A DNA stretch of 64,000 nucleotides. It comes from Pseudomonadota bacterium. GTDB lineage: Bacteria > Myxococcota > JACRCW01 > JAFGSX01. The first letter of the stretch is position 1. Every line of letters begins with the position of its first letter. The notes below the pieces were generated by a model, which saw nothing but the letters and a program-made list of their open reading frames with translations, was not told where the DNA came from and searched no databases. Location: positions 1-64,000 of the forward strand of contig JBDRCO010000108.1 in the NCBI GenBank assembly GCA_043821645.1, written 5' to 3'. Position numbers and translations under genes: made by a program. Of this stretch, positions 18,089-27,800 are shown piece by piece.

Positions 18089-19033
18089 CTTGATATTGAA
18101 ATCGTCGCCCTTGGGGTCGGGATCGGACAGCTCGACATCGTCATCGGCCCAGGTGCGCTCGCGCTCCTCGACCTCGTAGGCCGTGGCCAGTTCGGCCACC
18201 CTGAGGTAGACGTCGGTGACGCTCTTCTCCAGGTTCTGCAGTTGCTTGCCACCACCCCCGACGGCCACTCGTGCCTTGGGCTGGCCAGACAGGCGGCGGT
18301 CCCCCTTGCCCTGGAAACGCGACAGCTGCTTGTTCAGATCCTTGTCCTCGCGCCCAGTGCGATCCATGGCCAGCAACTTCTCGATGGTCAGGTTCTTGGA
18401 TTCGAGAGCCACCGCGAGCTGGACCTCGCCGCCCTCCGGGCGCTCGAAGGGCATGAACACGACGTAGCCTACCTTCATGTTGCGCTTGAGCCTGTCCAGC
18501 AGGCGCGGCTCCTGGGGAACCAGCTGCAAGGGGGTGCCGGTCCCGGTGTCAAACAGGGCAAACACGTCGCCACTCGCCTGCTCGGGCTTGACCTCATACC
18601 CCAGGGATTTCTTGAGCCTGTCCAGGGCGTACTTGTCCACCTTGTAGGTCTTGACGATATAGCTGTCGGCGGCCGGGAACATCTCGCCGACATGCGGAAC
18701 CCGGTTGCGCAGGTAGCCAGCCACGTCCCAGGCGTCCAGCAGGGCAAAACCCTTCTTGAGGCCCTTGTGCAGGCCCTTTTCGCGCGCGCCGCCACGCAGC
18801 ATGGTCAGCATGGCGGTGTCGCTGAGGCTGTTGATCAGCCCTCCCTGGGTGAGGGCGGGAGCGCTGCCGCCCTTGCCCTCGGCGCCGTGGCAGCTGGCAC
18901 AGTGCTTCTCGAACAGGATGGCGCCGTGCACGGGGTCGCCGTCGAGGGGCCGCGCCGCGAGCAACAGGATGGCGAAGGCCACGGTGCCACCGCTGCACAG
19001 GAGTTTCCAGGACCAGGTCGTACGAATTTTCAC
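18086..19033 (-). CDS. Monoheme c-type cytochrome fused to an uncharacterised C-terminal domain
   Basis: GDPVHGAILFEKHCASCHGAEGKG..APAL, N-terminal signal/TM segment, GTG start with a GGGAGAG RBS. Confidence 0.85.
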   Translation of the reverse strand: MKIRTTWSWKLLCSGGTVAFAILLLAARPLDGDPVHGAILFEKHCASCHGAEGKGGSAPALTQGGLINSLSDTAMLTMLRGGAREKGLHKGLKKGFALLDAWDVAGYLRNRVPHVGEMFPAADSYIVKTYKVDKYALDRLKKSLGYEVKPEQASGDVFALFDTGTGTPLQLVPQEPRLLDRLKRNMKVGYVVFMPFERPEGGEVQLAVALESKNLTIEKLLAMDRTGREDKDLNKQLSRFQGKGDRRLSGQPKARVAVGGGGKQLQNLEKSVTDVYLRVAELATAYEVEERERTWADDDVELSDPDPKGDDFNIK

Positions 19034-19064
19034 GGTGTGCTCTCCCAGCAGCGAGCGGGCTCGC

Positions 19065-19928
19065 CTAGAAAGTGATGGGGCTGCGCCGCGAGCTGCTCTC
19101 GGTGGCGCGCGCACGTTCCTCGGCCCAGTCAGGAGGTGGCCACTGGCCGGGGAAGAGGTCAAAGGCCGCCTCGATGCGCTGGCCCGCGGCGTCCTTGCCC
19201 TCGATCTTCACCTCGTAGCGACCGGGGGTGCGCATCGTCAGGTGAAAGCCGTAGACTCCGGCGTCCTCGAGGGAATGCACGCGGTACTGCAGGGGGTCGG
19301 GGATGGCCTCGGGCTTACGGCCCTTCTTGGGCGCTGGCTTGGCGTCGCCCATGGCCTCGACATAGCGCAGGGTCGCCACCAGCTGGGCATCGCGCAAAGG
19401 CTTGTACTCGCCATAGCGCGAGTCGGGCACGGCCAGCTTCTCGGCCACATCGAGGCGAACTTCCTGCACGGCCTTGATCTCGGGAGCACCGGGCTTGAGG
19501 GTCAGACGCACGCGCAGGTTGTTGAAATTTCGCACCAGCACACGCTCGGTGCGTGCCGCGTTGAGGTCGGCGCGCGCGCGCTTGTCCGTGTCTTCCTGCT
19601 TCTTGCGCTCGGCCTCGGCCTTCTTGGCGGTGGCGGCCTCTTCTTTCTTGAGGCGGGCAGCCTCGGCCGCCTTGGTGGCAGCAGCCTCGGCTTCCTCGCG
19701 CTTCTTCTCCTCGTCGAGGATGGCCTGGCGCTCGGCCTCGGCCTTCTTGGCCGCGTCGGCCTTGCGCTTGTTCTGTGCTTCCTCGTTCTTGGTCGCAGCG
19801 CTCTCGTCGACCGCGTCGCCCTCGGGCAGGGCCTCGGTGGGGGCCGTCTCGGCGCCGATGGGTCGACGCTGCGCCGCAGCCGGCGTGGCGAGCAAGGTGA
19901 TCAGTGCAGCGCAGACAAGCAACCTCAT
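19065..19928 (-). CDS. Exported protein with a charged coiled coil and a C-terminal beta-sandwich (YtkA/FixH-like)
   Basis: Signal peptide, Ala/Glu/Lys helix, C-terminal AGVYGFH.T..TPG.YEV.I motif. Confidence 0.6.
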   Translation of the reverse strand: MRLLVCAALITLLATPAAAQRRPIGAETAPTEALPEGDAVDESAATKNEEAQNKRKADAAKKAEAERQAILDEEKKREEAEAAATKAAEAARLKKEEAATAKKAEAERKKQEDTDKRARADLNAARTERVLVRNFNNLRVRLTLKPGAPEIKAVQEVRLDVAEKLAVPDSRYGEYKPLRDAQLVATLRYVEAMGDAKPAPKKGRKPEAIPDPLQYRVHSLEDAGVYGFHLTMRTPGRYEVKIEGKDAAGQRIEAAFDLFPGQWPPPDWAEERARATESSSRRSPITF

Positions 19929-20131
19929 GGGACACTCCATGGTCTCGTGTGTCGTCAAGAACGGGCCCAAGCTAACGCCAGGCCAGCGGCAGGTGCAACC
20001 GAGGAATGCGTGGTCGCGTCGTCAGAGCGACCGGCGTCTCCCTCGACCCGGACGCGCCGTCTCAGGCGCCTCATGCCCCTTTACAGGGACCCGGGGCCAT
20101 GGGATAGCATGAGCGTTTTAGGGGTCCAGGC

Positions 20132-21049
20132 GTGAGCGATTTCGACGACAAGGGTGAGCACACCAAGGTGCTGGGTCTGCAGGAGATCCTCGCGGAAGAG
20201 GGGACCTCCCGCAACGCCTACCTGATCGTGATCTCGGGCCGTTCCGTGGGCAAGATGTACAAGGTGGCGGGCGCAGGCGGCGAGATCAACATCGGGCGCA
20301 CCCCGGACGCGGAGATCTTCATCGACGATGACGGCGTGTCCCGGCGTCACGCCAAGCTGGTGCAGACCATCGAGGGCATCCGGCTGGTCGACCTGGGCAG
20401 CACCAACGGGACCTTCTCGAACGGCCAGCGTGTCGACTCCTTGCTGCTTCAGGACGGGGACCGCATCCAGATCGGCTCCACCACCATCCTCAAGTTCAGC
20501 TACCAGGATGACATCGAGGAGCAATTCCAAAAGCAGCTCTACGACAGCGCCACCCGCGATGGCCTCACCGGAGCCTTCAACAAGAAGCACTTCGCCGAGC
20601 GCCTGCGCACGGAGTTCGCATTCTCGTCGCGCCACAACGTGTTCTTGTCGCTCATCCTGTTCGATATCGACCATTTCAAGAACGTCAATGACACCCACGG
20701 CCACCTGGCCGGCGACGAGGTGCTGCGCCGCCTTGCCACCGTGGTGACCGGACAGTTGCGTACCGAGGACACCTTCGCCCGCTACGGCGGCGAGGAGTTT
20801 GCCATCATCCTGCGCGACACCGACGACGAGCGTGCCTTCATCATCGCCGAGCGCATCCGTCGGGCGGTCGAGGCCTTCGCCTTTTCCTACGACGGCAAGA
20901 CCATGCCCGTGACCATATCGATGGGCATCGCCACCCTCCACGGGCGCAACTACCCGTCGGTGCGCGAGATGGTGCAGACCGCCGACGAGTTCCTGTACAA
21001 GGCCAAGCGCGGCGGGCGAAATCGCACCGAGTGCAAGCTCCTGAGGTGA
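20132..21049 (+). CDS. FHA-GGDEF diguanylate cyclase
   Basis: FHA motifs (IGR...DDGVSRRHA...DLGSTNGTF) and GGDEF motifs (DIDHFKNVNDTHGHLAGD, R..D.FARYGGEEF with RxxD I-site). Confidence 0.95.
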   Translation: MSDFDDKGEHTKVLGLQEILAEEGTSRNAYLIVISGRSVGKMYKVAGAGGEINIGRTPDAEIFIDDDGVSRRHAKLVQTIEGIRLVDLGSTNGTFSNGQRVDSLLLQDGDRIQIGSTTILKFSYQDDIEEQFQKQLYDSATRDGLTGAFNKKHFAERLRTEFAFSSRHNVFLSLILFDIDHFKNVNDTHGHLAGDEVLRRLATVVTGQLRTEDTFARYGGEEFAIILRDTDDERAFIIAERIRRAVEAFAFSYDGKTMPVTISMGIATLHGRNYPSVREMVQTADEFLYKAKRGGRNRTECKLLR

Positions 21050-21054
21050 GCCTC

Positions 21055-22107
21055 ATGCCAGATCCCATCGATAGCGCGCACCGAGACCCGGGCGCCAAGA
21101 TCGCACACCTCGAGGCCTGCCTGTCCGAGGCCTCGCAGTACAACAAGAGCGCGGGCTTTGACCGCCTCGAGCTGGTCCACCAGGCCTTGCCAGGGCTTTC
21201 GCTCGACGCCATCGAGCTGGGCCTGCCCTTCCTCGGCAAGGAGCTCGCTGCGCCGCTGATGGTGGCGCCCATGACCGGCGGCGTCGAGCGCGGCCACGAG
21301 GTCAACCGCCGCCTGGCCCGAGCTGCCCAGCAGTACGGTCTGGCCATGGGTGTGGGTTCGGTGCGGGTGGCGCTCGAGGACCCCGAGCGCGCAGCGCTGT
21401 TCAAGATTCGCGACGTGGCGCCGGACGTGCTCCTGTTCTCCAATGTCGGAGCCGGCAACCTGAGCCGGGGCTGGGGTGCCGAGCGTTGCCTCGAGGCCAT
21501 GCAGGTGGTGGACGCAGATCATCTGCTGATCCATCTGAACCCGATGCAGGAAGCCGTGCAGGGTGGCGACGTCGACTTCTCTCACACCCTCGAGCACATC
21601 CAGCGCGTGGCCGAGGCGCTGTCGCACAAGGGCATCACGGTGGGGGTGCGCGAGGTCGGCTTCGGCCTGTCCGCCGCCACGGCACGCAAGCTCATCGACG
21701 CGGGCGTCAGCCTGCTCGACTGCGGTGGCTCCGGTGGTACCAGCTGGGCCAAGGTCGAGGGTCTGTGCACCAGCGACGCACGGGTGCGGCGACTGGCCGA
21801 GGTCTTCGGGGAATGGGGCATTGCCACGGCCGACTCGCTAAGAGCGGTGCGGGCCCTGTCCCAGAACGTCCACGTCATCGCCACCGGTGGGCTGCGCAGC
21901 GGCCTGGACCTGGCCAAGGCCATCGCCCTGGGTGCCGATCTTGGCGCCATGGCGCGCCCCTTCTTGCTCGCGGCCCATGCCGGCGACGAGGCCCTCGACG
22001 CCTTCATCGAGGCGACGCTGGAGGAGCTGCGGATCGCGATGTTCGGGGTGGGTGCGGGCAACGTGGACGCACTCAAGGGCAGTGCGCACATCGTCGAGCG
22101 CAGATAG
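21055..22107 (+). CDS. fni: Type 2 isopentenyl-diphosphate delta-isomerase (FMN-dependent)
   Basis: K..HL, PMTGG, MGVGS.R, HLNPMQE.VQ, REVGFG, GGSGGTSW..VE, WGI.TA and ATGGLRSGLD.AKAIALGA motifs. Confidence 0.93.
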   Translation: MPDPIDSAHRDPGAKIAHLEACLSEASQYNKSAGFDRLELVHQALPGLSLDAIELGLPFLGKELAAPLMVAPMTGGVERGHEVNRRLARAAQQYGLAMGVGSVRVALEDPERAALFKIRDVAPDVLLFSNVGAGNLSRGWGAERCLEAMQVVDADHLLIHLNPMQEAVQGGDVDFSHTLEHIQRVAEALSHKGITVGVREVGFGLSAATARKLIDAGVSLLDCGGSGGTSWAKVEGLCTSDARVRRLAEVFGEWGIATADSLRAVRALSQNVHVIATGGLRSGLDLAKAIALGADLGAMARPFLLAAHAGDEALDAFIEATLEELRIAMFGVGAGNVDALKGSAHIVERR

Positions 22108-22109
22108 CG

Positions 22110-22481
22110 CTACTCGACGGGCTTGGCTTCCTCGGCGGGCTTGGCCTCCTCGGCAGGCTTGGCCTCCTCGGCAGGCTTGTCACCCTCGGCAACCTTCTCC
22201 CCCTCACCCAGGTTGAGCTTGACGGTCCCGGCGGTGCCGTCGACGTTGACGGCGCCCATGGCACCCTCGATGTTGACCTTGCCCGACGCCGGGTCGATCT
22301 CGACCTTGGTGTCACCCGTCTTGACCTCGACCTTGTCACCGGCCTTGACCTCGAGTGTGTCTCCGGTCGCAGCCTTGACCGCCTCGGGCGCCTTGGCCTC
22401 CTCGGTCTTCTTGCATCCGCTGAGTCCCATCAGAGCAGTAGCCAGGCCGGCCGCGAGCACGGTCTTGAACAGGGTGCGCAT
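22110..22481 (-). CDS. Small lipoprotein with a beta-rich repeat core and an (EEAKPA)n tail
   Basis: Lipobox GLSGC, GGAGG RBS, 18-bp coding repeats at the 3' end. Confidence 0.8.
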   Translation of the reverse strand: MRTLFKTVLAAGLATALMGLSGCKKTEEAKAPEAVKAATGDTLEVKAGDKVEVKTGDTKVEIDPASGKVNIEGAMGAVNVDGTAGTVKLNLGEGEKVAEGDKPAEEAKPAEEAKPAEEAKPVE

Positions 22482-22581
22482 GTGTTTCCTCCACAGGGGA
22501 TTGAGTTCGCGCGGAGTCTGCGTCCGGACGCCACACACTGCAAGTGCGAAATGGTAATAAGCCGAATTCCGAAAGACCTGC

Positions 22582-23784
22582 TCAGGCCACGGGCCGCTGT
22601 GCCGTGACGACGGTGCTGCAGATGGGACCGCCAATATTGAGCGTGGTCCCGAGACTCGCGGCGGGGACCTGCAAGGGCGCGGGTACGGTGTGCAGGAGCT
22701 GCTGGTGTATCCATCCCACCATGGCCACGCCGGTGGCGCTGATGGGATGGCCCTTGGCGATGAGGCCACCCGAAGTATTGATGGGGCAGCGCCCACCAGG
22801 GGCGGCGTGACCATCGCGGAAAAAGGCGAGCCCCTGGCCAGCGTCGGCCAGACCTGTGGTCTCGACGGAGATCGGTCCCATCACCGAGAAACAGTCGTGC
22901 ACCTCCTGCACCGAGATGTCCGCCGGCGTCGCACTGGCCATCTTCATGGCGCGTTCGAAAGCCAGCCGCGCACCGCGGGGGCGCAACAGGTCGTCGCCGC
23001 GGGAGGCGATGGACAGGCTGTCGGTGGCCTGGCCAAAGCCGGCGAGGACCGTGCACTGCTCCTTCGGGATCCCCAGGGTGGCGCGTCCCTCGTCGTCGAG
23101 GACCAGGATGCGCGCCCAGCCGTCCGAGATCTGCGAGCACTCGAACAGCTTGAGAGGCAGCATGGGATCGCTGAACAGGCGATAGCTCTTGAGCACCGCC
23201 TCGGGAGTAACGGGCTCCCGGGTCTTGTTCATGTGGGCCATGGGATTGTGGGAAGCGTTGTCATAGAACAGCGGCGGGATCACCGCCATGTCCTCCTCGC
23301 TGAGCCGGTAGGTCTTCATGTACTGGTCCATGATGACCGCGAAGGCATGCGGGAAGGTGAAGGGCGCAAACTTGTCGTCGTCGTGAGCGGCCGTTCCCAG
23401 GGCGATGCCGATCTTTCCCGAGTCGAGTTTGCCCTCGCGCGGGTGCATCTTCTCGACGCCGATGGCCAGCCCCACGTGGGCCTGTCCCGCCAGGATCTGC
23501 ATGGCGCAGTCGAGGATGGCCAGGCCGCCCGAGTCGCAGGCATTGCCCACGCCCTTGATGCTCTTGTTGGTGTAGGCCGGGTCCATGGCCACCAGGCCGG
23601 CGAGCAGGGTCTGGTCCCACAGCAGAGGAGTCAACAGCCCGGCGATGGCGATGTGATCGACCTGCTTGCGATCGACGCCGTCGAGGCCCTGACGCCCCGC
23701 CTCGAGGATCATCTGCTCGACGCTGATGTCGCCGAGCTTGCCAAAGGGGCTCTGGGCGTACTTGGTGAGGTACAGGGTCTTCAT
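22582..23784 (-). CDS. SCP2/SCP-x-type thiolase (acetyl-CoA acetyltransferase family)
   Basis: NACDSG (catalytic Cys), GVEKM, CSQISDG, EVHDCF and INTSGGLIAKGHPISATG motifs. Confidence 0.9.
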   Translation of the reverse strand: MKTLYLTKYAQSPFGKLGDISVEQMILEAGRQGLDGVDRKQVDHIAIAGLLTPLLWDQTLLAGLVAMDPAYTNKSIKGVGNACDSGGLAILDCAMQILAGQAHVGLAIGVEKMHPREGKLDSGKIGIALGTAAHDDDKFAPFTFPHAFAVIMDQYMKTYRLSEEDMAVIPPLFYDNASHNPMAHMNKTREPVTPEAVLKSYRLFSDPMLPLKLFECSQISDGWARILVLDDEGRATLGIPKEQCTVLAGFGQATDSLSIASRGDDLLRPRGARLAFERAMKMASATPADISVQEVHDCFSVMGPISVETTGLADAGQGLAFFRDGHAAPGGRCPINTSGGLIAKGHPISATGVAMVGWIHQQLLHTVPAPLQVPAASLGTTLNIGGPICSTVVTAQRPVA

Positions 23785-24032
23785 GGCTCTCCTCCTGGCA
23801 GCGGGACCGGGATGGTCGCGATCGCGTGGCGGCAGCGTCGCGCACTTTGTTGTGCCGTGCAACATGTATCTTTGTCTTATCTCCTGGACTGGCATGCAGT
23901 CGGATGCTGCATCTGTATTTTCTTGTTGCTCCGCAGCATTAACGGCTCAACAATCATCGTGGAGACAACCTGCGCGTGCGAGAAGCTCGGACCCAGAATC
24001 CCGACTGCCCAGAGCTCCCGAGAGAACGCCCC

Positions 24033-24785
24033 ATGAGTCTGCTTCGCGATCTGCACCTGCTGCTCCCTCGAGAGGGCTACGCGCCCGACGAGCGGGAGGG
24101 CCTGGTCCACCTGGTCGCACTGCTCGCCGGGCTGGGATCACCGCCGGATCCCTGCGGCCTGCTGACGAACTATGCCAGCCTCCACGACCAGCTTGACGAG
24201 GCCCTGGGCGGCAGCGACGGCGACGCCATCGAGGAAGCCTTCCTGAATCTGTACGCCCACCTGCACGGTCACGAGGCACCCTACACGCCCGAAGAGCGGG
24301 GTCGCGTCAACGCCACGGGTGGCTACTGGTGCCATGCCGGTGGGCTGTCGCCAGTGCTCAAGGCACCTCGCCATCTTCACGCAGCAAGCACCAGCGCGGA
24401 CCTGGGAGCAGGCAACGGCTTGCAGCTGCTGCTGTTGCAGCGGCTGGCTCCCCACGCCCGCAGCGTTCAGATCGAGATCTCGTCGTGCATGATCGAGGCA
24501 GGCCGTGCCCTGCAGGGCTGGCTCGACATCCCGCAGGCGCGCGTCGAGTGGCGCTGCGCAGACCTGGGCACAGCAAAGATCCCCGACGCCGACCTGCTGT
24601 ACCTGTACCGCCCCTTGCGGCCCGAGGGATCGGGCGCGGTCTTTTATCAGCGCCTTGCTGCCGCGGTCGAGGCCAGGACCGAGGCCACGGTGATCTTCTC
24701 GATCGCGGATCCGCTGCACGCGTTCTTGCCCCGGCGCTTCGAGCGTTTCTATAGCGACGGCCACCTGACCTGCTACCGGTCCTGA
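24033..24785 (+). CDS. Class I SAM-dependent methyltransferase
   Basis: ADLGAGNG motif I, acidic residue in IEISS, ADLLYLYRP motif IV. Confidence 0.7.
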   Translation: MSLLRDLHLLLPREGYAPDEREGLVHLVALLAGLGSPPDPCGLLTNYASLHDQLDEALGGSDGDAIEEAFLNLYAHLHGHEAPYTPEERGRVNATGGYWCHAGGLSPVLKAPRHLHAASTSADLGAGNGLQLLLLQRLAPHARSVQIEISSCMIEAGRALQGWLDIPQARVEWRCADLGTAKIPDADLLYLYRPLRPEGSGAVFYQRLAAAVEARTEATVIFSIADPLHAFLPRRFERFYSDGHLTCYRS

Positions 24786-24882
24786 CCCGACGTCTCAATA
24801 CCTCGGCTCTGAGCGCACAGGAAACCCCGGGCACCTGTTCTTCAGGTACCCGGGGGCGGATAGGGAATGTGCGGGGAGCGAA

Positions 24883-27800
24883 CTAGCGACGACGGCGGCG
24901 CAGCACCAGGACGAGAGCCGTCAGCAGCGCGATGCTGCCGCTGGCCACGGGCTGGTTGCTCGCGCAACCACAACCACCGGTCTCCTCGGGCGGAGTCGGC
25001 GTGGGCGCGGGGATGACCGGAGCCTTGTACAGGGTGAACGCGACCCAGTCGCTGAAGCCACTGTCGCGGGCACCGTCGCTGGCCTGCACGCGCCAGTAGT
25101 AGGTGGTCCCGGGCACGAAGGTCACACCCTCGATGAGCCACGAGGTCGAACCGGAGCCCTCGGCGATGGCGCCGGACGCGCTGAGCACGTTGGTGCCATC
25201 GACGTCCGCGGCGATCTCGAAGCTATAGGTCAGGGCATCGCCCTCGGGATCCATCGCGTTCTGCGCCACCAGGTGGGTGGGCGCAGCCTGCAGCAGGGCC
25301 GCGACGCCCGGGCTGAGCGGCACCGGGATGCTCGGAGTACCATTGGCAGCGTTGACCGTGAAGGTCCCCACCACCCAGTCGCTCATCAGCTGGCCGTCGC
25401 TGGCGCGGGCGCGCCAGAAGAACATGGCGTCCTCGTGCAGCGCCGTGGTCGGGGTCCAGGCCGTGGTGTCCGTTCCCTCGGCCACTGCAGCGGAGGCCTG
25501 CAGCGAGATCCCCACGAAGCCGGCGTTGGCGGCAACCTCGAAGTAGTAGGACAGCTCGTCACCCTCGGCATCGGTGCTGTTGGTCACCGTGAGGGTCGGC
25601 GTGGTGTCCGTCACCACGGCACCCTGGGTCGGGGCCGTGAGCACCGGGGTCGAGGGAGCCGTGTTCACCACCACGACAGGCAGGGTCACGGTGAAGTGGC
25701 CCGTGTTGCTGGCGGCGCTGGTGTCCATGCCGTCGCTGGCCGTGGCGACCCACCAGTACTGCTGTCCGTCGACCAGATCCACGTCGACGAACCAGGTGGG
25801 CATGCCGCGCCCGGTGATGGCCGCGACCTGGGTGGCCATGGCCTGATCAGAGTACACGCGGAACGCGTAACTGACCGCGTCGCCGTCCACGTCCTGCACC
25901 GAGGTCACCTCGAGGTAGGGCCGCAGCGTGGCGACGGTGGCATCGATGGCTGGCAGCACGATGGCTGGAGCCGGCGGTGCCGTGTTGGCGGGCGCCTGGG
26001 TGTTCACCGTGAACATGTACAGGCCGCTCCAGGCGCTGGCGGCACCCTGGTCGTCCAGGGCCCGGGCACGCCACCAGTAGGTGGTGTCCTCGGTGAGGTC
26101 CAGACTGACCGCCCAGTACAGGTCCACCAGACCCGTGGTCTCGACGATGAGCGAGTTGGCGGCCATGCTCTCGGCGTCGTAGACCTGCAGGTCGTAGGTC
26201 ACGGCGTCCATGTCCGGATCGGTCACCGCGCGCAGCTCGAGGGTCGGACGCAGCGTGCTCACGCTGGCGCCGTCGACCGGGAGCAGGAGCACGGGCACGC
26301 CCGGCGCGTTGTTGGCAACGCTGACCACGAACCAGGTGGTCTCGCTGTAGGGACCATCGAACACGCCATCGTTGGCGATGGCACGCCACCAGTAACGCGC
26401 ACCGTCGGTCAGGTCGACGTCGACCTGGGCGGTGGTGGTACCGGTGCCCTCGTTCACGGTCACGGTGAAGGAAGCTGTGCCGGTGAAGTTCTCGTTGTCG
26501 AACACCTCGAAGGTGTACTCCAGGGCGTCCCCGTCAGGATCCGTGGCATTGCTGACCACCAGGGTGGGCTGCAGCGTGGCCACGTACTTCTCGACCGGCG
26601 ACAGGGCCACCGGCGCGGTGGGGGCGTTGTAGTCGGACACCAGCGGGTCGGTGCCGCGGAGGAACTCGTCCAGATCGCTGACGCCGTCGTCGTCACTGTC
26701 GGTGGTGGCGCTGGCGGTGGTCAGGTTGCCGAACTTGTCCATCTCCCAGCCGTCGGCGATGCCGTCGCCATCGCTGTCGATGACCGTCACCGCGACGTTC
26801 CAGTTGAGGGTCGCCATGCCACCCTGCGGGTCACTGGCTGTGGCGGAGACCGCGTTGGAGCCGGCCGCATGATAGGTCGGGGTCCAGGAGATGGCACCGG
26901 TGGAGGGATTGATGCTCATGCCTGCCGGCTTCACCGGCAGCGCATAGACCAGGGCAGCCTGATCTGCGGTCCCAGGATCCGTCGCCACCACGGTGAAGAC
27001 GTAGGCCACGCCCTCGGTCGCGGTGACCGGTGGGGTGGTCGAGGTGATGGTCGGGTTGACGTTGTTGACGCGCAGGGTCACGGACGAGGCCGCGACGGCG
27101 TTGCCCGCGCCCTGATCGATCACACGCACGTTGACGCGCGGCTGACCATCGTTGGTGAAGGTGTGGCTGCGCTCGAGGTAGAGCGGAACCGTGGTCTCGG
27201 CCAGCACCTCGTCGACCAGGTCGCCCGCACCGGCGTCGTACAGGCCATCGCCGTTCCAGTCCCAGGAGATCAGGTAGGGTCCGGTGCCCGTGGGCGCCAC
27301 GCGCACGGTGCTGCTGCCGCCCTCGTTGAGGGTGGCCGGGATGGCGGTGACGACCAGAGTCACGCTCAGGTCGGTGACCGTGATGCCCACGCTATCGGTG
27401 TCGGTATCGTCGCCATCCGACACGCGGACGGCCACGGTGTAGCTGCCCGAGCTGTCGTAGGTGTGGAACGCGATGCCCGTGCCATTGCTGACGTCGAAGG
27501 TGCCGTCGTTGTCCCAGTCAAACGAATAGGTGAGCGTGTCACTGGCAATGTCGGTCGCCGTGACGGTCACGGTGACAGAACTGCCCGCGGTCACCGGCGA
27601 GGTCGCCGTGACGTTGGTGATGACGGGGGCCACGTTGTTGACGGTGACCGTCCGAGGATCGGTGCCCGTGTATTCGGTCGACGTGCCGTCTGCGTCGGTC
27701 ACCTTGATGCCCACGATGTACGTGCCCTGCATCGGGTACACGTGCGTCGCCATGCCAAAGGGCTGCATGGTCTCGTAGGCGCCGTCGCCGTTCCAGTCGA

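Noticed and set aside
23850-23960. AT-rich patch with the inverted repeat ATGCAG-N7-CTGCAT as an ncRNA or riboswitch
   Set aside because: Adequately explained as the divergent promoter region between the thiolase and methyltransferase genes; no recognisable RNA family features.
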